From contig JAQGDQ010000088.1 in the NCBI GenBank assembly GCA_030141605.1, positions 186,001-250,000 on the forward strand: a DNA stretch of 64,000 nucleotides, written 5' to 3'. The notes beneath the pieces were generated by a model, which was not told the DNA's origin, made no database searches, and worked only from the letters and a program-made list of their open reading frames with translations. Made by a program: the position numbers and the translations under genes. The DNA comes from Tubiluchus corallicola (taxonomy: Eukaryota; Animalia; Priapulida). Of the stretch, positions 15,101-27,100 are shown in pieces; position 1 is the first letter of the stretch, and every line of letters starts with the position of its first letter.

Positions 15101-18100
15101 AGATTTTATTAACTATAGCTGCATCGCATGATTACCAAGGTTTCGTTTCTTTTCATAATGTTTTGCAAGTAATTTAGAATAAACACATGATTATCTTTTC
15201 ATGGTATAAGTACTTTCCGTCATGGGTGTATGTGATTCATTTATTCTGGTGGGTTGTACGAGGATCACCCACGGTGGGTGTAATTTGCTAACAATGTTGG
15301 AGCAACCTACAAAGAATAATATAATATAAAAGAGTGAGACTGGCTAAAGGGAATAAATCATGTTATTTTTGTCTCACTGCTGTTAGTGTCTTTCCTACCT
15401 AAAAGCTGCTCAAGCAAATAATTCAGTCAATGCGCATAATTCTTTCTAACAGTTATTTTAACTTCATAGCAAAGAAATGACTGTTAATGCATTAAGTGAA
15501 GTAGCTGCAGTTTGTTGTAGATGAAACTAGTTGGACTTACCCTGGCTGGATAAATCATATAGCAATTATCAAATTATTAATAGGGAGAGTTAAAGTTGTG
15601 AAAATGAGAAAGAGAATGAATTCATTTTTCTGCAATTTACTTATCTCAGTTTACTGGTAACCCGGATCCCAAACCTTTGGTTCCGACCCAAACCCTGATT
15701 CCAAAAACCACTTCATCCCGAACCGAAAAAATCCAACCTCAAACTCAATTAGCATTCCGAACCGCTCATCATGACCCAAACCCTGGTTCCATTCTGAATC
15801 TTGAACACCCCTAGGTATATGCCTTTAAGATGCACTTTGATACACATTATAGATATAAGCTTGTTAGGAAAAGTTCGAGTTTATTTGCGTGCATTTATTG
15901 TGGACTTAAATGTTCGAGTGCTCTTGTAATTGTTAGTGTAGATTAATAAACTGCTGGTTTACTCTAATACACGTTTTTTTAAACCAGCAGCTTATATGGG
16001 CCAAAACCCTACACAAATTTTTCAACACTAATAATATTATCAATTTTGCGAATAGCATTTGAGATGGAAATAAACAAATGTAAATAAATTGAATTTATGT
16101 ATATGCGTATAGCATACATGCATCTCAAAAGGCGGATATCCAACAACAACGCAATATAGCGAATAGTGAATTTTTTCTATTCCTTACACTCCTAACATTT
16201 AAAAAATATTAAAACAAATTATACTGCTGTTAATAGAATGGTACCAGGCAGCGGACACTTAAAACTGTTCTTGGAGGCCAAGTAGCCCAAGGATGCAGAA
16301 AACACTATGCAGAAAATTACTGTGCTTTGTCTTTGCAGTGATTTTTGTAGTAGACTTGTAGCATGTATTATGAATCACACTATATAAATACTAGACTGAA
16401 ATTATAGATCTTAGCTTACGTAATCTTTACTCGTATAAATATGTTATTTATATGTCATTTAGGTATACCAAGTTAGGCTTTGCTGGCAATACCGAGCCAC
16501 AGTTTATTATTCCATCGGCGATTGCGGTGCGTGAAACAGCAAAAATCGGAGATCAGGCAACAAGAAGATTGGCTAAAGGCGTAGACGATTTAGATTTCTT
16601 TATTGGAGATGAGGCACTCGATGCCACTAGTTATGCAGTAAAGGTACATGAAGCATTTCATTGACAACTTTCAACAGTGGCAGAGCTAAGGGGCCAGAGG
16701 GATGTAGTTAAGAGGGGCAGAGGTTGCGGTCCGCCCCGGGCAGCATTTTAATTAAGTGCAATGAAAAAGTTGATTCTGTCAGAGCAAAAGAAATGCAAAA
16801 CACCTGATAATTTAATTTTTCACAGAAATGCTGCTAACAGAGCTTGTGAAGATGATAATTAGTATAGTTGTAACATAGCTTGTCTTTGCTTTCAAAGTGT
16901 CTGCGCGGTACACATTTTGAGTTAACTGTAGAATACGTTTCATATAATCACGCTGGTAGCTGCAAGCTTGTCCCACTTTAGTTACATAAAATTTCGCACA
17001 CTTTTTAAGGACGTACCTGTCGCTGGCATTTGGTTTCTATAACACTGATGTCATTGCAATTCCACTGTCATTATTTACTTAATAATAATTGTGATTCAGT
17101 AGCATTTTGGCTCACCAACGTAGTTTAAAAGTTTTTGAATATCTCTGTCAGAATGTGAATTAAAATATCTTGGTTTGGCATAATTCCTTGTGGATCTATT
17201 AACAAATTTAGGAACACTAATATCAACTTTACTTTAAAATATTTTGACGGCAGTAAACTTCTACTTTACTTCAATCAACTGCTACGATGTTCAAAATCCC
17301 TCGTTAAACGCTGCAACATCTTAGAAGTCATTCCAGAATGATTTTCAACTGCCATAATAAGCACTCTTTTTTGTGTTAACATTTGAAGAAGCCTTTGAAC
17401 AGTTTTGAAATGTGAATTTATTTCTTTAGAAACCTATTTTTTAATAATACTTTATTATTTTATCAATTTATCCCCACAACTTACTGCAATGCAACACTGC
17501 TGAATTTTTTCAAAAGTAAAATTTTCCTACATAAACATTGATGTGGAGGAGACAAACCCAAGTCCCACCCCGGGCACCACAAGCTCTAACGACGCCACTG
17601 TTCAACGGTCTCCATAAAAAATAAACATACCACAAACTCCAGCAGTCATCATGCTATATGTTGTAACTTGTTTCAGTATCCAATCAGGCATGGAATAGTC
17701 GAAGATTGGGACCTAATGGAAAGATTCTGGGAGCAGTCAATATTTAAATATCTGAGAGCTGAACCAGAAGATCACTACTTTCTACTGGTCAGTAGCAGGA
17801 GTAATGTAGCAAATTGAATGGACTCTAATTATGCCATTAAGTTTGGATAAAATCTTATGAGGCTGTATCATTTCTAGGAATATAATGTAAATATTCATGT
17901 ATAATGTTTTTAAAATAGAGTTTAAAGACGTTTTCTGATAACATATACGTGTGTTTGAAAAATCTGTTTAATAACAATAGGGAAAGTAGGAGAAATATTA
18001 AAAACTCTGACGTAACATGTAGACAAAAAACCCATTGAAAGACATTGAATGAGAGACTTCACCACAAAGGTGTGTGTTTAAACTTTTAAAACCGTTGTTT

Positions 18101-21100
18101 TCCTATTTTTACAGTTATTTGAAGTACAAAATGATACAACTTTTTTATGCAAGGCTAGAAATGATTAGTGAAAGTTATTTCAGGCAGTTACATAACAAAT
18201 TTTACATTTCAGTACTGTTTTTGTTTATTTTGTTATTCTAATTCACGATAATGTATTTTTTCGTAGACTGAACCACCTTTGAACACTCCAGAGAATAGGG
18301 AATACACAGCAGAGATTATGTTTGAATCTTTCAATGTACCTGGTTTATATATAGCAGTACAGGTATGTAGTAGGTAAAAACAACTTTACCACATGACATA
18401 ATGTTTTAAGAACATGAATTTTAGTGATTCAGGTATCACTAGCCAAAAGGGTGGTGATTCAGGTAATACTTTTCAATAGGCCCAGTGAAGATCCACGAAA
18501 CACAATCACAGTTTAGCATAAGCTTTATTTTAAATTGCCAAAGTTACCATTTTAATCTTTCCAATAGTATTCCCGAGTCTTATAATTCCATCCTATTCCA
18601 ATCTAGATTTTTTCAACCACTTTCTCACTAATTTTGTTAACTTATCAGTAGATGGAATTTGTTAACTTATCAGTAGATGGAACCGCAAAAATTTCAACCA
18701 GATCACAATTTTGCTGTTTGATAAATAAGTCAGCTGATATTAAACTTTTGCACATTTAACACATTCTCAGGTGAATCTGAAGTGCATGAACGTGCACTCT
18801 AAAAACCTAATCGCAAAACCATTAATGTATATAGCAACAATGTGCTAATAATATAAAATTTAGCAATACTGTCAGTCTCCACTTATCTAATCACTAGAGA
18901 AGTTTGCTTCTTGGCTCTGAGGGTCTGGTGGACACATACTTTCAATGCAGTTATGGTGCTTAAACTGTTTTGGCTTAAGATTTTAAATCGGGTAGTACAT
19001 ATTGTTTGCAAATGTAAAAAGAAGTACATTTTTAACGAATTATCGACACCATCTTAGGCATATTTGTTATGCTTTTATAGGCCGTGCTAGCTTTGGCAGC
19101 ATCATGGACGTCACGACAAGTAGGCGAACGTACGCTGACTGGATGTGTCATTGACAGTGGTGATGGCGTAACTCATGTTATACCTGTTGTGAGTATATAA
19201 ATTTACCAAAAAGTATTTGAATCATTTATCATTTGATTATAGAATGAATGAGTTGATTGTACATATGTATTTGTAACATATGTTGTACGTATGTTGCTTA
19301 ATCAGTTATTTATGGGATACATGCCTCTCAGTCTAATGTCTCAGTTTTGCTTTTTTCCACTTTTGTTTCATGTCTTCATTGTTCACTTCCCCTTCTCTGA
19401 TTTTTTTTCTTCTGTTTCTGTTTCTGTTAAAATGTGAACTGTTATTTAAAAAGCGCTTACTGAAATGTTGTAAAAAATGTGATGTTGAAATAATATATCA
19501 TAGTCTTTTGATTGTCAATAGGGTAATATCGACTTCATTACAACTAATTTTTATCCTCCTATATAATATAAACTATTTTCGACATATTATTGGTTATTCT
19601 AATTAGTTATTTATTGTTTTTTTTTCTAGGCAGAAGGCTATGTGATTGGCAGCTGTATTAAACACATTCCCATTGCTGGCAGAGACATCACATACTTCAT
19701 TCAGACTCTGCTCAGGGAACGTGAAGTTGGCATTCCACCTGAACAATCTCTAGAAACTGCGAAAGCTATAAAAGTAGAAATGTTTTTATCTGAAGACTTA
19801 AATTTTTGCCAAATTTTTGTCAAACTTTTCTAGTGTAAAATTGTTTAAGATACAGTGTTTTATTGCCACGAAGGCAAAAATAAAGACCGTAGTTAAAATG
19901 CTGTCTTGTTTTGTAGTAAGATCTAGTAAAATTAAGTAGTTTTGGAAGCTGATAAAGTTTAACTTGTTGGGATTCCAAGCTGTTTAGAGCCGAAGTGAAG
20001 TTCATTTTACTTAAATTTGTTGAAAAACAGAAAAATTTTTAATTGATTTCAAGTGGTCAAGATAATGTTTATCACATTCCCTTTGGACTCTCGATAAAAA
20101 TTGCTTTTTTTCATTATTTTGCTTGCTGCCAATTAATTTGCTTTAGTAGCTTAGTAACTAAGCTATAGAAATCACTGAGTAAATAGTTTACATAAATAAC
20201 AATAGTTTTTACAATTGTTTTACTGTCTTGTGTTAGACATCAAAAGTGTTTAGTTGTAGATCGTGTTTTTGTTGTGTTAAAAGGAAAGCTTCATTTTTAA
20301 TTTATGGCAGTTTTTCTTTTTGTATCTTGTTAAGTTAATACTTTTCACAAAAGTCAAAAAGGTACTCATTTGTGAACAAAAGTTTGTTTTGAGTAAGTTT
20401 ATCCCACCATTGGAGTTTTTTGTAGCTATGCACACTTTGTTAGCTCAAAATTTCTATTTATAGGAACGATGGGGTTACATTTGTCCGGACATTGCCAAAG
20501 AATTTGCTAAATATGATAACGATCCTACAAAATGGATTAAGAAATACGATAGCATCAATTCCATCACTAAACAACCATTTGAAGTTGACGTTGGATACGA
20601 GCGCTTCTTAGGACCAGAAATCTTCTTCCATCCGGAGGTTTTTTTACTTGCTGTCTTACTTTTTAAATGTTTCGTAGACTTTAATAACTGTAGTTGAATT
20701 TAAGTTTCAAAATTTGTTATATTTAGTCCTGTCAGTTCTGCTTCACCCATTTTGGTAATTGAATTGAAAGTATTTGCATGTATGTGGCCTATACCTTCTT
20801 AAAAATAGCTGAAATGGCACACGTTCTTAAAACTTACATAAACATGTTTTTTCTTCATGAAACTTTTGGCCGTTTTTGTTAAAATTAGCAGTTTTTGAGA
20901 GCTGGCTGTTGTTTGTATTAGTTTCAGTCAATGGCTATGGTAGCACTGACGTACTTATTCTATTACCAATGACAAAATTATTATAAAATGCAACTTAAAA
21001 AACATGCACTTATAATACACAATTATCGTTTCTTCTAATACTGTACAGCTGTGTGATTGCCTAATTAATAGTAAAAGAGCTAAGTAGCAGCTAGCTTATC

Positions 21101-24100
21101 AGAAATATTAGTGTGCTACAATAGCCATGTTGCAAGTAGTGCAGAGATTCACAGACTGTCTGTCTATTTACTCAGTTTTATGTGTGATGACGTTAATGAT
21201 TATATTTGCTGCTGATAGTTGCTTATAAGATGTGTATCATTGTAACACCTTTTATTTCCGATATAAGTTTTTGAAATATTTAAACTTTTCATGTGTTACA
21301 TAGGCCTGAGATGCAGAAAAAAATTATTAACGGTGTACACTACAGAAGGTGAAGGAGATTTTAGCATAATATTAAATCTTTTTTGAGAAGTTGCTGTCAT
21401 GCTGATAATGTCAAAACTCGGCAAATTTAAGGGTGAACTATGATGGTAATTTTGAAGAAATTTTGAAATTGCTATTTTTTGTCTGCAATAAACAACTCAT
21501 TTAAAATCAGATTGTTAAATTTAGTAAGTGAGATTTAGAACTTAGCATTTGATTATAAGTGAATTGGAAATACAGCTTCACTAAATGACTAAAAACAAAT
21601 TTTTTGCACCCATGTGCGTCTAAAATCCAGTTCAAAAATCAATTTGTAGATAAGCTAATTAACAGCTTAAATCTGGAGTATTTGTAATCATTTACTTCAA
21701 AATGTTGACCAATATAATTTAGGGTCTTCAGAAATGGCTAAAATGCAGGAAACTCATTCGTTCCTGTAAACACTCTATAGTGGCTTCCTAGACACGTGAG
21801 TGATTAACTGAGAATGGTGCTCCTTGGGCTCAGAGCCCTCTGCCCTTGTAACATTGTAACATTGCAGTATTTTCTAAATGAAGTTTCGAGATGGTACAAA
21901 TTGAATGTTACAGTGTTGTTCTGCAAAGGCTAGTTGTGACACATCATTTTCGACATGCTAAAAAATTTTGTGTGGTATCGTGGTACTTGTGTAACTGGTG
22001 TATTTATAGAGTCACCTCTAGAAGTACCTTGCCTGAATGCTTTTTCTGCAATAACCTGTAATCAGTTACCATTCATTAACGAGCAACATGGTTCTACATT
22101 GCCAGGTTGATAGCCTCATTTTGAATTTTTGGATTGCACTACTGCCATTTGAAAGAGAGAAACTGATACGCCCTTTTATTTGCAAACTTTGCAAAGTTTA
22201 TCCACAGTTTCCTCAATGTTACTGTTTTCCTTATTAATTAAAAATTTTCCCTTTTTTACAAATTTCATGTTTACAAGTACTGGTTGTCTTTCTTACTTTT
22301 AATGAAATAAAATGAATGGCTTTAAAAGAAATATCTGGAATCTGATATTAAATAAGTGGCACTTGAAATGTGAACTAGGCAACAAAACCCCATATTTGTG
22401 TATAAAGATGGTGACATAACCAATATCAGTAAGTGTACAACCTGTATTTACAAAAGGCATGAAAATATATATTCTCATGACCACAGTTGCGATGTGACTT
22501 GCCCAAGGAGGGGTGCAAACCGGATTTTCCATTAGAGAATACATAACAGTTGAGGTATTCTTAGCTTAGTTTTTTACCTCTTAGTTACTGATTCTTTTGA
22601 AAATCATATTTGAATACCCGCATGCCCCAGTTGCTGTCATTTGCGTGCTTGGCAACTGCTATGTATAGCTGTGTCCAAGTGAAACAAATAGTGAAAGTGC
22701 CCTTAAGCATCATATACTGCATGAAACAATCTGAAGGCAGGGAGAGATGCCAAGTTGCTGTACCCAGTATTCAAGCACTGCACTAGTAGAGTCATTAGTT
22801 TTTGAAATTACATATGTATATAATTTTGCTCTTTCAGTTTTGCAATCCAGAGTTTACTACACCAATTTCAGAAATTGTTGACAATGTGATTCAGAGCTGT
22901 CCCATTGATGTGAGACGACCTCTCTATAAGGTACATTGATTTTTACACAGAACTATCTATATTTAGTTTTTATAACAATGTTTAGGCAGGTGTAGCTGTT
23001 CATTCTTTGCTAATGACTTTTTTATTTCAGAACATAGTTCTGTCAGGAGGTTCAACTATGTTTAGGGATTTCGGTCGAAGGCTGCAACGTGATGTTAAAC
23101 GCTACGTTGATGCTCGACTCAAACTTAGCGAACAACTTAGTGGTGGTCGAATTAAAGTATGTTATTTTTTCTAGCAGTATTTTTAATCAAAGTGCAGCCC
23201 AGAATCTATAATTACATAGTTATTTATCAACTGTCAGACTAAATTAAACAATAAATATGTGATCCCGTTCAGTAAAATATGGTTTTGAGATTGAATGTCA
23301 ATATTTCAGAAATCTTGAACAATTTTTATAATGAGTTGATTGACGGTCTAGATTTTGGAAGCTTAACTTTTTTGGAAGGTTCTATCTATGTGTCGAGCTC
23401 AGAGCACGAACTCGCAGATATCTTTATAATTTTGTACTTTTCAGAACAAGCAGAATAGGACTAAAATAACAAAGTACATCTAATGTGAAATTTGATGTAT
23501 CTTTATGTAGTAGATGCATTAATAACAACAGCAACAATAATAATAATAATAATAATTTAAATAATTTAATAGCCTGACTTCCCATATGGCTCATCAGCTT
23601 TACACAGTACAGTACAGTAAGATCACAGAATTAAAAAAAACATTATGCTACACAAATTAAAATAGATTTGAGTCAGGCGACTACAATATACAGTTTGCGA
23701 ATTACTAAAATTATCATATTGTCATAGATTATTTTGACAAGTAAATCTGTTGATCTGGAATATTTATTCCTATTATATCATTTTATTTTGTCTAGCCAAA
23801 GCCAATAGATGTCCAAGTGATCACTCATCACATGCAAAGATATGCTGTATGGTTTGGAGGCTCCATGTTGGCATCAACTGTATGTACTATTAAGTAAAAT
23901 AAATTTCTTTCTATTTCTGTACAAGTTTGACTACATAAAGTCCTTTCAATTCCAGAATATTAATTCTATATCTGATTGGAACAATCTTGAAGAGGGATTG
24001 CTGCATTTCCACACAATTTTAAGATTGTTAGTCTTAAATATGCTCAATTTTACAGTTAATTACCAGTTGCTTGATCCTACTTTTTTATGATGGCACTGCA

Positions 24101-27100
24101 GTGGTGAGTGCAAGCCACCATCAAATATTAACAAAATTTACCATTTAATTATGGCCAACATTGACCATCTGCTCTATTAGTAAATATTGGAAGCGCTTCC
24201 AGCTAGGGTTGCACCGAATATTCGGATTGCCAAATTTTTCCCCGGAATATCAGTGCAAAAATTCAGTCCGGTTAACTTCAGTTGCAGTCACAAAAACTTT
24301 ATTGAACTTTCGGTATACCGAACACATTTTTTTAATAATTGTCGCATTCCACGAGAAATACGTTAAATAAACCGACTGTTTGCATAACACTTAAAAAAAT
24401 TTACACCAAAAAAACTGATAGTAAACAGCGAACACAATACGGCACCCGACATTTAGCTTTCTGTTTCTGTATGATAACTCAAAGACTGTGATGCACCATC
24501 TATACACAAGCCATGTCAATGCACAAAAGCGTGGCAGTTCTGGATTCGCTAAATACATCAGTGAAAATTCGAGCTTGCAGTTTTGCTCATATACTGACAG
24601 TGTGTTGAAATTGCAGGATATAAAAGTGCTTTTTGTAACAGTAAAATGAACAAGTCGGGATGTTCAGGAAATCTTGTATGGGAATTTTTTACACAGTGTG
24701 GGGATTTACATTATGCTAAATTCGAATTATGCCAGAAAAAAATATAGCCGAGGCAGCCTTATAGCAAGCAGTAGAGGTACGTCCTCACTAATGACACACT
24801 AAAAGCGCTCAGAGCCTAGAAAGCAACTAGAAGCAACACAGGAAGCAAGAGCTTGGCATCAAAAAGAAAAACTGTCAGCTAGCAAAAGCAGAAACAACTG
24901 ATTATTGAAAGTTCACTTGCGCTAAAATGGGCACACGATCATGAAGAAGCAACAAAAATTCATAAGCTATTGTACTGATGATTACAGTTGATTTTTATCA
25001 GCCTCTTTCAATTGTAAGCGACCTTTGCTTTGTAAAGCTCATGAATTTAGTAAAACCAAAGTACCACATCCCATCGAGAAAATACTTATTAGATTCAGTG
25101 ATTCCAGCATACATTTCAAGAAAAAGCTGTCAATAAAAAAGTTTAACTTGTGATACTTGGCCATCCTAAAACCTTGTCGGTTACTTACTGCCCACTTTGC
25201 TGTGTATAATGAAGCCATTCACTAGTACGAAAGAAAAATATACGTTTTGGCTGCGTAAAAATACAGGGTCGCCATACAGCAGAGAAAATTGCTACTGACT
25301 TGCCGTGAATTATGCATGGTTGGGAAATAGGTGACAAAGTGCACATGTGCGTAGATGACAATGCTGTCAATATGAAACTGGAAATTACAACTGGAAAAAT
25401 GAAACCCACCAAATGTTTCATTCACACTTTGCAATTCGTTGTTAATAATAGAAGTCAGCGTGCAGTAAATGATATGATTACTAGGGTACAGTACATTGTT
25501 ACGCACTTCCACAAGTCAGTGCAGAGAGCAGAATAGCTGCATTCTTCTCAGTACATTGTTACGCACTTCCACAAGTCAGTGCAGAGAGCAGAATAGCTGC
25601 ATTCTTCTCAGTACATTGTTACGCACTTCCACAAATCAGTGCAGAGAGCAGAATAGCTGCATTCTTCTCAGTACATTGTTACGCACTTCCACAAATCAGT
25701 GCAGAGAGCAGAATAGCTGCATTCTTCTCAGTACATTGTTACGCACTTCCACAAATCAGTGCAGAGAGCAGAATAGCTGCATTCTTCTCAGTACATTGTT
25801 ACACACTTCCACAAATCAGTGCAGAGAGCAGAATAGCTGCATTCTTCTCAGTACATTGTTATGCACTTCCACAAATCAGTGCAGAGAGCAGAATAGCTGC
25901 ATTCTTCTCATTACATTGTTACGCACTTCCACAAATCAGTGCAGAGAGCAGAATAGCTGCATTCTTCTCAGTACATTGTTACGCACTTCCACAAATCAGT
26001 GCAGAGAGCAGAATAGCTGCATTCTTCTCAGTACATTGTTACGCACTTCCACAAATCAGTGCAGAGAGCAGAATAGCTGCATTATTCTCAGTACATTGTT
26101 ACGCACTTCCACAAATCAGTGCAGAGAGCAGAATAGCTGCATTCTTCTCAGTACATTGTTACGCACTTCCACAAATCAGTGCAGAGAGCAGAATAGCTGC
26201 ATTCTTCTCATTACATTGTTACGCACTTCCACAAATCAGTGCAGAGAGCAGAATAGCTGCATTCTTCTCATTACATTGTTACGCACTTCCACAAATCAGT
26301 GCAGAGAGCAGAATAGCTCCATTCTTCTCAGTACATTGTTACGCACTTCCACAAATCAGTGCAGAGAGCAGAATAGCTGCATTCTTCTCAGTACATTGTT
26401 ACACACTTCCACAAATCAGTGCAGAGAGCAGAATAGCTGCATTCTTCTCAGTACATTGTTATGCACTTCCACAAATCAGTGCAGAGAGCAGAATAGCTGC
26501 ATTCTTCTCATTACATTGTTACGCACTTCCACAAATCAGTGCAGAGAGCAGAATAGCTGCATTCTTCTCAGTACATTGTTACGCACTTCCACAAATCAGT
26601 GCAGAGAGCAGAATAGCTGCATTCTTCTCAGTACATTGTTACGCACTTCCACAAATCAGTGCAGAGAGCAGAATAGCTGCATTATTCTCAGTACATTGTT
26701 ACGCACTTCCACAAATCAGTGCAGAGAGCAGAATAGCTGCATTCTTCTCAGTACATTGTTACACACTTCCACAAATCAGTGCAGAGAGCAGAATAGCTGC
26801 ATTCTTCTCATTACATTGTTACGCACTTCCACAAATCAGTGCAGAGAGCATAATAGCTGCATTCTTCTCAGTACATTGTTACGCACTTCCACAAATCAGT
26901 GCAGAGAGCAGAATAGCTGCATTCTTCTCAGTACATTGTTACGCACTTCCACAAATCAGTGCAGAGAGCAGAATAGCTGCATTCTTTTCAGTACATTGTT
27001 ACGCACTTCCACAAATCAGTGCAGAGAGCAGAATAGCTGCATTATTCTCAGTACATTGTTACGCACTTCCACAAATCAGTGCAGAGAGCAGAATAGCTGC

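Noticed and set aside
14900-15815. Clusters of cccgaacc/cccaaacc motifs
   Set aside because: Probably decayed subterminal repeats of a DNA transposon; boundaries could not be defined and they are not telomeric repeats.
21300-22785. Possible very old hAT transposase remnant with one TIR-like end
   Set aside because: Motifs are too decayed and no partner TIR was found.
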